Positions 1 to 8,382 of a stretch of 25,900 nt of DNA are shown here, piece by piece. The notes under the pieces are model-generated. The model did not search any database. It saw nothing but the letters and a program-made list of their open reading frames with translations, and had not been told where the DNA came from. Positions within the stretch are counted from its first letter, which is position 1. Every line of letters starts with the position of its first letter. The DNA is from Gammaproteobacteria bacterium (GTDB taxonomy: Bacteria; Pseudomonadota; Gammaproteobacteria; Thiohalospirales; Thiohalospiraceae), in the NCBI GenBank assembly GCA_014762485.1, contig JABURU010000121.1, forward strand, positions 1 through 25,900, in the 5' to 3' direction. The translations under genes were made by a program, and so were the position numbers.

Positions 1-13
1 GATTCAGGAAGGT

Positions 14-940
14 ATGAAGAACACCACAGTGGAGCGGTACCTGGATGCGATTGGCCAGTGGTTTGTCTGGTTGAATGAAAGCGACGTGGATACCACCGAG
101 GCCAAGGCGCGCGATCTGGAAGACTGGAATAAAAGCCTGTACCTAACTCACACACAGGCCAGCAAAACGCGCAACGGCAAGATGACGGCGGTGCGCCAGT
201 TTTACGAATGGACTGAGCGCCAGGCTATCTGCCCCAGTCACATGCGCTCGGTGAAGTCGGCCAAGGTCGACAAGAAACTGGCGCGAAAGTATAGCGACTC
301 ACAACTGAAGGCGATCTTCGGTTCATGTGACCGCACCAGGCCGATAGGCAAACGCGACTATGCGATCTTGCTGTTGTTCTACGCCACCGGTGCCAGGCGT
401 AAAGAGATCGCAAGCTTGAGTATGGAAGACCTTACCGTTCAGCAGCGGGTGGCCAGAGTCAGGCTGGACGGCAAAGGCGGCAAAGAGCGTGTCGTGTCAT
501 TCAAGGGTGCCGCGGTACACGCCCTGGTGGAATGGCTGCTGGAGCGTGAACAGTGCACCGTGCTGGAAGAGCACGCCGTGTTTGTTGGTCTGACTGGGCG
601 CAACAAAGGCAACCAGCTGGGACCGGATGGACTGGACGATGTGATCTACCGTGCGGTGTATAACAGCCGCATCAAAACAGAAAAGGGAATGGCGCTGCAC
701 ACACTGCGCGTCACCTATGCAACGGATATGTACGACCGGGGCGTGGACATAGAAACACTGCGTTGGTTGATGGGGCATAACGATATCGAAACAACAAGGG
801 GCTACATCGCGATATCGGAGAAGCGGCAGCGCACCACCATGCCTGCCGATAGGCTAGATGAATTAACGGGAGGACGAGGCAATGGAAAACCACTCTGGTT
901 CGAACAGCAACAGCGCGGACTGTTTCCGAATATTAAGTGA
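14..940 (+). CDS. Tyrosine recombinase, XerC/XerD-like (probably extends 5' of the window)
   Basis: Full catalytic set visible: ATGARRKE (R), GKGGKER (K), HTLR (HxxR), LMGH (H), TTRGY (Y). The frame is open back to nt 2, and 'GMKNTTVERY' resembles the internal XerD 'GLSxNTxxAY' segment, so the true start may lie upstream. Confidence 0.93.
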   Translation: MKNTTVERYLDAIGQWFVWLNESDVDTTEAKARDLEDWNKSLYLTHTQASKTRNGKMTAVRQFYEWTERQAICPSHMRSVKSAKVDKKLARKYSDSQLKAIFGSCDRTRPIGKRDYAILLLFYATGARRKEIASLSMEDLTVQQRVARVRLDGKGGKERVVSFKGAAVHALVEWLLEREQCTVLEEHAVFVGLTGRNKGNQLGPDGLDDVIYRAVYNSRIKTEKGMALHTLRVTYATDMYDRGVDIETLRWLMGHNDIETTRGYIAISEKRQRTTMPADRLDELTGGRGNGKPLWFEQQQRGLFPNIK

Positions 941-1235
941 GTTTAGTGAAGAACACAGTCCGCTGGTACGCCTGGCGCATCGCCTGGGGCCGCTGCAGTT
1001 CAACATGGTTCTGGAAGAGTTTGGTGGAGAGAAGCCACACTTTCCCACGCAAGATGCCTTCTGGAAAAAACTGGAACGCGAGATCCGGGATCGCAACATC
1101 TGCAGCGAATTAAACGGCTGCAATTACAGCGAGGTCGCACTGAAGTACGGCATGTGCGAAAGGAACGTCCGCGACATCGAAAGGAAGATGCGCGAAAAAC
1201 GTGAAACGAATCGGACGACGATTCAAGCAGCATAA
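882..1235 (+). CDS. Mor/C-family transcription activator (late gene activator)
   Basis: 'LEEFGGEKPHFP...RDRNICSELNGCNYSEVALKYGMCERNVRDI' matches the Mu Mor/C pattern (GG-x3-Y/F-x-P, then RD..I, then HTH). GGAGG/GAGG RBS precedes ATG 882. Overlaps the recombinase by 59 nt. Confidence 0.85.
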   Translation: MENHSGSNSNSADCFRILSEFSEEHSPLVRLAHRLGPLQFNMVLEEFGGEKPHFPTQDAFWKKLEREIRDRNICSELNGCNYSEVALKYGMCERNVRDIERKMREKRETNRTTIQAA

Positions 1236-1244
1236 GGTAATGAT
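1202..1244 (+). promoter_or_regulatory. Late-promoter box copy 1 (TGAAACGAATCGGACGAC) plus -10-like TAATGAT at 1238
   Basis: 15/18 identity to copy 3. Lies in the 3' end of the Mor-like gene, directly upstream of terS. Confidence 0.7.
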
Positions 1245-1981
1245 TGTCTGCTATGGCAAACAAAGATCATACAGAAAGCGAGAGCGGCAAGCGTTCGTAC
1301 ACGATGAGTGATAAGGCCCTGCAGGCGCGTCGTGATAATGCGCAGCTGTCTACCGGTCCGAAGACGGAGGAAGGCAAGGCGGCGAGCTCGCGCAATAACT
1401 GGAAGCATGGCGAGTATTCGATTCTCACCAAGTCGGCCGAGTGGCAGGCGTTGGCGCCGATTGCAAAGGCAACCGGTAAGCCGTGTCAGACAACGTGTGA
1501 GCAGTATCCCTGTTCACTGGTGGATGAGGGTATGACCAGTGCCGGGCAGAATTGTATGGACAAGACGGTATTCGTGATGGCCTTCGACGCGATTATGTCG
1601 ACGTTGCATAGCGGTGATGATCAACACGCGCACGGCATGCTGGCGATGACGGCGGCCAGTGCGATGGATGTGTTTATGCAGATGCGTGATGAGATCGGTG
1701 AGCGTGGTGTGATCATGGAGAGTGATGTGTTTAACAAGGATGGCGATGTAAGTGGTACCAAGTATTTTATCAACCCGGCGATTAAGGAGTTCACCAAGCT
1801 GCTGCACACGATGGGCATCAACATGCCTGAGATGTTAGCGACACCACAGGCCGCGAAGAAGGTGAAGAGTGATGAAGAGGTGGCCGACACGCTGGGCGAG
1901 CTGCTGGGCGGTATGACAGAGCGGTTTGGTATGCGCAAGAAGCCGGGGCGGACGATTGATGGCGAAGTGGAGAAGATATGA
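1244..1981 (+). CDS. terS: Terminase small subunit (probable); real start possibly ATG 1253 or 1304
   Basis: N-terminal 'NAQLSTGPKTEEGKAASSRNNWKHG' (HGGxSTG-like motif) and C-terminal 'INPAI...MGIN...TPQA' resembling P27-type TerS. Sits upstream of TerL. The ORF-track start at 1244 is a TTG. Confidence 0.7.
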   Translation: MSAMANKDHTESESGKRSYTMSDKALQARRDNAQLSTGPKTEEGKAASSRNNWKHGEYSILTKSAEWQALAPIAKATGKPCQTTCEQYPCSLVDEGMTSAGQNCMDKTVFVMAFDAIMSTLHSGDDQHAHGMLAMTAASAMDVFMQMRDEIGERGVIMESDVFNKDGDVSGTKYFINPAIKEFTKLLHTMGINMPEMLATPQAAKKVKSDEEVADTLGELLGGMTERFGMRKKPGRTIDGEVEKI

Positions 1982-2331
1982 GTTTCTGTCGTTTTAGTGA
2001 TATGGATTTTAGCTGTGACGTGTATTGCTACGAAAGCGTATACGGTGGATTCATAATTCATGTCGCCGCAGTTCGTGTCGTTGGTGATGTTCCAAAGGCT
2101 CAGCATTATTTCAACGAGGGGAATATTGAAGAGTTTATGAGCGCTCATAAAAAGCAAATGAAATTTCTAGAAACAGCTGAGCGCCAACCCATTGGTCTGG
2201 AATATGACGGCGAAACAATTCAGACCGATTCAGCCGGCGAATGTGGTGATGCTTTGTTGAGCTTAAAGGAAATGGGTTACAACGTGCCTCAATATGCCAT
2301 TGATGTTTTGTATGAAGAGGCTGCCGCATGA
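1978..2331 (+). CDS. Hypothetical phage protein
   Basis: ATGA overlaps at both ends (translational coupling). AT-richer than its neighbours. No recognisable motif. Confidence 0.75.
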   Translation: MSFCRFSDMDFSCDVYCYESVYGGFIIHVAAVRVVGDVPKAQHYFNEGNIEEFMSAHKKQMKFLETAERQPIGLEYDGETIQTDSAGECGDALLSLKEMGYNVPQYAIDVLYEEAAA

Positions 2332-4235
2332 GCAACAACCTCCCACTCGGTAGCAAGGCAGAACGCGAGGCGATGCATGCGCAGATGCTGGAGCGTGGTG
2401 TGGTGGATGCTGAGGGCTTTGAGCGATTCCTGGCGGATGAGTGGGGCTGGGCCTGGCAGAAGCTGGCGCGTGGTGAGTATGACTGCTCTGTTGAAGAGGC
2501 GCAGTTGTATTACATCTGCACCGATCCGGTGTTGTGGTGTCGCACGTTTTTGAATGAACCGGATCCGAGTGAAGAGATGATCCGTGAGTATGGCGAGCAG
2601 GTGCCGTATCAGTTCTGGCCATATCAGGAAGAGAGTGTGCGCGCCTGGTACCAGAACGTAGTACATCAGGATGGTGCCGAGGTGGGCAAGACGCGCGAGA
2701 TTACCGCTATTGCCATATGGGGAGCGATAACGGGTTTTGGTTTTACGGTTCGCAATCCTACTGTGCTGATTGGTGCGCCAAAGCAAACTCATCTCGACGA
2801 TATCATTATGGCTATCGAGTCGCATGTGGGTGAAACAGAAGGCTCCACTGGTCCGAAGCCGATCATTAACCGCTACTGGGTAAAGCCAAAGAAGCACCCG
2901 CATTACATGATGAAGTTTAAGGGGATGACCTGCGGCAAGAATCAGTTGGCCTTAATTCATTATCGACCAGCTGGGCATGACGGAGAAGCCTTCCGTGGTG
3001 TGCATGTGAATGCGGCCATGATGATGGATGAGGCGGCGAAGATAAAACACAAGGTGATCTGGTCAGAATTCTGGCGGGCTGGTAAGCCTGATTGCATTAA
3101 GCGTGTGTACTCGGTGCCTGATGGCGATAACTCCAGTGAATATTTTATGTACACCAAGCAGGCTATTCCAAATCTGCAAGTCGGCAAGCCAGGCTGGAGG
3201 TTGTTTCACTGGCCTAAAACGATTATGCCGTATCCGTTCTGGAGCAAAGAGCGAGATGCGGAATTCACAAAGCTGTTCAAAGGCAAAGATCAGCCTGGGT
3301 ATCAGCGCAACGTGCTGGGGCTGCATGGCCAGCAAGAGAACCCTGTGTGGCCATGGGAGGATCTGGAAGCCAACATTCGCGACGTGCAGGAGTATCGCTG
3401 CATTAAGTTAACTGTCGATAAGGCCAAGGAAGATCTGAATATTGTTGTTACCGGTATCAAGCTGCACTTTAACGAGGGCAAGAAACACGCCGAGGAATAC
3501 ATTGTGGATGAGCGTGTGGAAGATATGTCGGACTTCATCGACACCAAGAAAACCAAAGATCGACGTGATTTGGTTCGCCGGTTGTTGAAGTTATACCTGG
3601 AGCCAATGCCAAACCGGCGATTATGGGCAGGGGCAGATCTCGGTTTGCAGGAGCCGACCGAGATACTGGTGTCGCGTGATATGGGTTCTGATCTGCGCGA
3701 TGTGATCCGCATCCACGCCACCCGCGTGCCGTACTGGTTGCAGTGTCAGTTGATCTATTGCCTGGATGAGTTGCTGGGCTTTCAGCCTGAATGGGGTGTG
3801 GACTTTGGTAACGCCGGCACCAAGGTGGTGACCGACATGCAAAACGAAGAGCAGTATGAAGACGGCAATTATGAAGACCGCATGACCGGTATCAGCTTTG
3901 CCAATGTGGTGGACTGTATTGACGAAGAAGGTAACGAGCTCACCGAAAAGGATAAAGACGGCGAAGAGAAAGGAGTACGCCTGCCGCTCAAAGAACTGGC
4001 CACCAACCTGATCACCGATCGTTTTCAGGAGCGCAGCTGGGCGATGCCGTATGACGTGGAAGTGATCGACCATCACGCCAACCATACCGCGAAGGAAGGG
4101 AAGAAGCATCGTATCTTTGACAAGCATAACGATCACACTATCGATGCGCGGCGCGTGTTGATCTTGCGTAAGGCGTTCAGCAGTGAGTATGGCGGCAGTG
4201 TGTTCAGTAGTGGTGTGAATGAGAGGGCGGCGTGA
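2328..4235 (+). CDS. terL: Terminase large subunit
   Basis: Walker A variant 'HQDGAEVGKT', Walker B 'AAMMMDEA', 'SVPDG' motif III-like, RNase H-like nuclease acidic motifs 'WAGADLG', 'WGVDFGNAG', 'NDHTIDA'. Located upstream of the portal. Confidence 0.92.
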   Translation: MSNNLPLGSKAEREAMHAQMLERGVVDAEGFERFLADEWGWAWQKLARGEYDCSVEEAQLYYICTDPVLWCRTFLNEPDPSEEMIREYGEQVPYQFWPYQEESVRAWYQNVVHQDGAEVGKTREITAIAIWGAITGFGFTVRNPTVLIGAPKQTHLDDIIMAIESHVGETEGSTGPKPIINRYWVKPKKHPHYMMKFKGMTCGKNQLALIHYRPAGHDGEAFRGVHVNAAMMMDEAAKIKHKVIWSEFWRAGKPDCIKRVYSVPDGDNSSEYFMYTKQAIPNLQVGKPGWRLFHWPKTIMPYPFWSKERDAEFTKLFKGKDQPGYQRNVLGLHGQQENPVWPWEDLEANIRDVQEYRCIKLTVDKAKEDLNIVVTGIKLHFNEGKKHAEEYIVDERVEDMSDFIDTKKTKDRRDLVRRLLKLYLEPMPNRRLWAGADLGLQEPTEILVSRDMGSDLRDVIRIHATRVPYWLQCQLIYCLDELLGFQPEWGVDFGNAGTKVVTDMQNEEQYEDGNYEDRMTGISFANVVDCIDEEGNELTEKDKDGEEKGVRLPLKELATNLITDRFQERSWAMPYDVEVIDHHANHTAKEGKKHRIFDKHNDHTIDARRVLILRKAFSSEYGGSVFSSGVNERAA

Positions 4236-4417
4236 TGAGAGAGCAAGAACAAATTTTAAATGATTTGTTAGATGAGAAATATAACGACATTAAAAAGCTC
4301 GTACAGGTGATCAGAGATATATACGCAGTTTCGGGAGAGGATGCACAGATCGCATGCTTGTGTAATTCCGTGCTAGACGATCCCCAATACAATACAAACT
4401 TACTAAGGACGGCGTGA
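4232..4417 (+). CDS. Small hypothetical protein (GTG 4232 or ATG 4235)
   Basis: AT-rich 61-aa ORF with GTGA overlaps at both ends. Confidence 0.6.
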   Translation: MMREQEQILNDLLDEKYNDIKKLVQVIRDIYAVSGEDAQIACLCNSVLDDPQYNTNLLRTA

Positions 4418-4704
4418 TGGGTAAGGTAAAAATTATTAGTGATGGAATTAATCACCAGGTGTTTATTGATGGCAAGGAAACAGATTTTGTCACTGCTGTA
4501 TATATCAAGCCAGTGCAGTGTGATCGTCCGGTTGAAGTTTTACTTGCTGTTGCAGACGTTGAGTTGGAGATTGAAAGTAATGACTTTGAATCTGCAAAGG
4601 TAGATCCTGACGTGATCAGTGCATTGGCTTCTTTTGAGTCATCAGAAAACCCGTTTTATGAGGGGATGAAAAAGTTAAATAAACTTGTAGGAGATGCATC
4701 ATGA
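4414..4704 (+). CDS. Hypothetical protein
   Basis: AT-rich 96-aa ORF coupled to upstream and downstream genes by 4-nt overlaps. Confidence 0.7.
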   Translation: MMGKVKIISDGINHQVFIDGKETDFVTAVYIKPVQCDRPVEVLLAVADVELEIESNDFESAKVDPDVISALASFESSENPFYEGMKKLNKLVGDAS

Positions 4705-6944
4705 AATGGGGCGCATTAAATCCGCTTAGTTACTTTGGCCAGCGTGGTGCATCGACCACGGTGTTGAAGCGAGCAGGCGATCCGCAGGGGTTATGGACGA
4801 ATGATTTTGATTCGTGGGTACCACGCCAGGTGGCACCGCGATTGTACGAGGTGATTCGTGAGGCGATCCCGATGGTCGACAGCGCGATCAATGCACTGCG
4901 CACGCTGGATGGCATCCTGGTGATTGAGGCCGAGAGCGATAGCCTGCAGAACCTGTTGGACGAATGGGCCGAGGGTGTGCAGGTGAATGACTTCAAGCAA
5001 GGCCTACAGGCCTATTACGATGTGCAGGGTAACGAGCTCTATGAGCAGGGCCTGGCGCTGGGTGAAATGCAAATGGCCAGCGGCATGTCGGACGTGGGCA
5101 AGTTATGGGTGGCCGATTCGAAAGGGGTTTTCTATCGCCGCAATGGTAACAAGGTGGAAGTGTGGTATCGCACGCCACGCGCCGAGCGCAACACGCGTAA
5201 GGATGGCTCGGATCAGATCGAGCGCCTGCTGCGCAACAGCTACACCAGCGACACGCTGGGCCTGCTGCAAGCCAATGGCTATAAGAAACTCAACACAATG
5301 TTCATTAACCAGGTGAGCATCGATAATGAAGCCGACAGCCCGTATGGCACCAGCAAAATTCGATCGCTGGAGTTCGTCGCCAAGACGTTGGCAACGATGA
5401 TGGTGAGCACGCAAAACACCTGGGAGAAGTTTGGTAGTCCGGACTATGAGATCACACTGAAGACGCAAGGCAAAACAGCCAAGGGCGAAACTCCGGACGA
5501 TATCCGCAAGAAGCTGGAGAGCAACTTCGCCACCATGTTGAACGCGAAAAAGCGCGGCAAGAATGCCGACTTTGTCAACGTGATCGGCAAGAATGATGAG
5601 CTGAATATTAAAATCATCGGCGGCGATGGCAGTGTGCTGGAAATCGAACACCCATACCGCATGGCCGAAGAGCAGATCATCAGCAAGTTTGATATCGCGC
5701 CCTGGATGCTGGGGCGTGTATGGGGTACCGCCGAACGGTTGGCCGACAAGCAAGTGGACATGATGCTGACCGGTACCAAGATGCGATACAAAGATCGCCG
5801 CCCGGGTTTGATGCGCATACTGGAGACCGTGCTGCGCAGCCGAGGCGCGACGTTTAAGCGCGGCGACTTCACTATCACGCAAGAGCTACCCAACCTGAAA
5901 AACGATCTGGAAACAGCACAGGCCGACTTCCTGCGGGCGCAGACTGAGCTCATGCTACGCAATGGCCAACCAGTGAACCCGGGAGAAAACGACCCAAAGC
6001 AGGTAACGGTGGGTAGAGATGGCAAGGTTATCCTGCCCACCGATAAAAACCCTGTTGAGGTGATCACCTTGCGCGATCCGTTAAAGCATGCGGCTGGCTG
6101 CGAGTGTGATAAGCATGGTTATGTCGAAAACCATAAGGATTTTGGACATAAGGGTGAGTCTTATGTCGAAGACGAAGACGCCCTGATGCGATTAGAGAAC
6201 ACCGCCACCCGCGGCCTGCTGAACGAGTTCGAGAATCTATACGATAAAACACTGGATGTGCTGGGACTGGATGAGATTAAAGCGTCTTCGACCGCCGCTC
6301 CTGCGGGTCCATCCGCTCGCGGCGTTAGTGCATCCATGCACGTCAAAGCACCAGACCCCACCTGGGTATTCAGTGCCGACACCATGCTGGCCGCGATGAA
6401 TACTCTGCAGGATGATTTTATTGCCACCGTGGGTGATGAAGATGCCCCACTGGCGCAGAGCATGTTTGATGCCTGGTCGCGTGGCGTCGTTGCAGCCGCT
6501 GCCGAACTGGATGTGGACGCCATTGAAGAAACAGTTCGCGAGACCTTCCGCGAAGCGATGGCCGCCGATGGCCTGGCACAGGTGACCGATACCACCGTGC
6601 GTGCCTACGCTGATGACATTATTCAAACACTCAGCGAAGGTGCCTATGATGGCATGAATCCCAAAGATGTGGCGCGAGCTTTACGCAAGCGGTTTGATGC
6701 GCACGAGTATGACTGGGAACGCCTGGCACGTTCCGAAATTGCCGCCGCAAACAGTCAGGGCAAAATGGATCAGTATGCCGATATGGAGATCGAACAATAC
6801 CACTGGAAGCGTGCAGGCGGTGCGTGTCCGATTTGTGTGGGTCTGGAAAGTGGTGGGCCTTACACCGTGGGTGAAGGGCCGTTGCCGATGAAAGATAGCC
6901 ACCCTATGTGTAGGTGTACCACTGTAGCTGTAGTGAAGGAATAA
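4701..6944 (+). CDS. Portal protein fused to a Mu gpF/SPP1 gp7-like minor head morphogenesis domain
   Basis: The first ~420 aa occupy the portal position and have a portal-like helical pattern. The C-terminus 'WERLARSEIAAA...YHWKRAGGACPICVGL...SHPMCRCT' is the typical gpF signature (ARTE...CxxC...HPxCRC). One uninterrupted frame. Confidence 0.85.
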   Translation: MKWGALNPLSYFGQRGASTTVLKRAGDPQGLWTNDFDSWVPRQVAPRLYEVIREAIPMVDSAINALRTLDGILVIEAESDSLQNLLDEWAEGVQVNDFKQGLQAYYDVQGNELYEQGLALGEMQMASGMSDVGKLWVADSKGVFYRRNGNKVEVWYRTPRAERNTRKDGSDQIERLLRNSYTSDTLGLLQANGYKKLNTMFINQVSIDNEADSPYGTSKIRSLEFVAKTLATMMVSTQNTWEKFGSPDYEITLKTQGKTAKGETPDDIRKKLESNFATMLNAKKRGKNADFVNVIGKNDELNIKIIGGDGSVLEIEHPYRMAEEQIISKFDIAPWMLGRVWGTAERLADKQVDMMLTGTKMRYKDRRPGLMRILETVLRSRGATFKRGDFTITQELPNLKNDLETAQADFLRAQTELMLRNGQPVNPGENDPKQVTVGRDGKVILPTDKNPVEVITLRDPLKHAAGCECDKHGYVENHKDFGHKGESYVEDEDALMRLENTATRGLLNEFENLYDKTLDVLGLDEIKASSTAAPAGPSARGVSASMHVKAPDPTWVFSADTMLAAMNTLQDDFIATVGDEDAPLAQSMFDAWSRGVVAAAAELDVDAIEETVRETFREAMAADGLAQVTDTTVRAYADDIIQTLSEGAYDGMNPKDVARALRKRFDAHEYDWERLARSEIAAANSQGKMDQYADMEIEQYHWKRAGGACPICVGLESGGPYTVGEGPLPMKDSHPMCRCTTVAVVKE

Positions 6945-6945
6945 T

Positions 6946-7830
6946 ATGGAAAAGTATATTGATATCAGCACACCTAAATACCCCGGTGCTTTCGCTATAA
7001 TAGACAAGGAAGATTATGAGCGAGTATCTAAAATAACCTGGCGAATCAGTGGAGGAAGAGGGAAAGTACGCTGTGTTCAAAGAGGGAAAACAGGCGCATT
7101 AAGTCTGCATCGGTACATATTAGAACTGGATAAGAACAATACTGTTATTGCGAAAAACGGAAATTTCCTCGATTGTCGAAAAGAAAACCTTGTCATCACA
7201 AAACCAGGCACAAAAAATATAAATCTTGAAATTGATGAAAGTAGGCAGTGCGCTATATTAGCGCAGCACCAGCTAGACTATAAAACAACAAGAGTTATCG
7301 ACATCTCTACAGAACGATACCCTGAAACTTATGCGTTTGTTGATGTTGAAGATTATTATCCGCTGCTTGGTAATGGACGATGGCATGTCGGTGTTACTCG
7401 TCATGGGCAATATAAATTTGCCGCCAGGATGGCAGTAAAAGACAGCTCAAGAAAAGTGGAAAAGATGCATCGAGTTGTGCTGGGGGTTGCCGATCTACAG
7501 CTTGTTGAACATATCAATGGAAATACCTTTGATAACAGAAAATCTAATTTACGCCCTTGCAATCATGCGGATAACCAAAAGAACATCGGAACAAAAAAGA
7601 AAAAAGGCACATCAAAATACAAAGGTGTCAAATACCGTCCAAAAACAAACAATAGCCGACCATGGCAGGCAAGCATCATGGCCAATAGAAAGGCTATGCA
7701 CCTTGGATATTTTGAGGTCGAAGAAGATGCCGCAAGAGCTTACGATAGGGCAGCTATAATACATCATGGCGAGTTCGCTAGAACAAATGTCATGCTTGGC
7801 CTGCTTCCGCCAACAGATAAAACCACTTAA
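6946..7830 (+). CDS. HNH homing endonuclease with AP2 DNA-binding domain and a degenerate N-terminal HNH repeat
   Basis: 'MHRVVLG...VEHINGNTFDNRKSNLR' (HNH_3) followed by 'SKYKGV...WQASI...HLGYF..EEDAARAYDRAA...GEFA' (AP2). AT-rich. Confidence 0.92.
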   Translation: MEKYIDISTPKYPGAFAIIDKEDYERVSKITWRISGGRGKVRCVQRGKTGALSLHRYILELDKNNTVIAKNGNFLDCRKENLVITKPGTKNINLEIDESRQCAILAQHQLDYKTTRVIDISTERYPETYAFVDVEDYYPLLGNGRWHVGVTRHGQYKFAARMAVKDSSRKVEKMHRVVLGVADLQLVEHINGNTFDNRKSNLRPCNHADNQKNIGTKKKKGTSKYKGVKYRPKTNNSRPWQASIMANRKAMHLGYFEVEEDAARAYDRAAIIHHGEFARTNVMLGLLPPTDKTT

Positions 7831-7834
7831 AAAC

Positions 7835-7860
7835 AAACCCGCTGCTGCGGGTTTTTTATT
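7835..7860 (+). terminator. Rho-independent terminator after the HNH gene
   Basis: AAACCCGC-TGCT-GCGGGTTT followed by TTTATT. Confidence 0.85.
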
Positions 7861-7873
7861 GCCAATAAACTTT

Positions 7874-7916
7874 TGAAGCCTTTCGGACGACGTTTCATTT
7901 CTCATCCGTTATATCT
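7874..7916 (+). promoter_or_regulatory. Late-promoter box copy 2 (TGAAGCCTTTCGGACGAC) plus -10-like TATATCT at 7910
   Basis: 17/18 identical to copy 3. Intergenic, just after the terminator and before the head operon. Confidence 0.78.
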
Positions 7917-7965
7917 CACCCTGACTAAGTGATAAATCACGACCAACCCAATGCGAGGGTGAATC

Positions 7966-8379
7966 ATGGGCAATAAACAGAATTCAAATACCGGTGCCGA
8001 TCAAGGTGCTGGCCAGGGCAATGAAGAGCTGGACAAGGTGCGCGCCGAAATGGCGGACGTGAATAATGCACTGACCGAACTGCAGGGCAAGCTGGATGCC
8101 GAAACCCAGCGCGCCAACGATGCCGAGGCGAAAGCCGACACCGCCACCAAGCAGGCCGAGGCGGCGCAGCAGGAGGCCAGCCAGCAGAAAGAGCGTGCCG
8201 ACAAGGCCGAAGCGGCGCTGGTGGATGCTGGCGAGAAACCCAACGCGAAGGAAGCGCGTGGTGAGGAGATTAAGGACTATCTCAAGCCTGACTATGACGG
8301 CCCTATCAATGTTCAGCAGGCTCGCGAACGTGTTGAACATTTTAAGCGTCTGAAAAAAGAAGGCAAAAAGGTTAAGTAA
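7966..8379 (+). CDS. Coiled-coil phage protein (possible scaffold-like/head accessory)
   Basis: Ala/Glu/Gln/Lys-rich heptad region at aa ~20-87. GAGGG RBS. First gene of the head operon. Confidence 0.7.
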   Translation: MGNKQNSNTGADQGAGQGNEELDKVRAEMADVNNALTELQGKLDAETQRANDAEAKADTATKQAEAAQQEASQQKERADKAEAALVDAGEKPNAKEARGEEIKDYLKPDYDGPINVQQARERVEHFKRLKKEGKKVK

Positions 8380-8382
8380 TCC

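Noticed and set aside
2289-2903. 204-aa minus-strand ORF
   Set aside because: Antisense shadow of terL with no supporting signals.
4520-4540. Possible fourth late box on the minus strand (CGGACGAT core)
   Set aside because: Only the 7-bp core matches; it is inside a gene, in the wrong orientation, and lacks the TGAA part and the spaced -10.
5103-5882. 259-aa minus-strand ORF
   Set aside because: Lies entirely antisense to the portal; composition is typical of a shadow ORF in GC-rich coding DNA; no RBS or motif.
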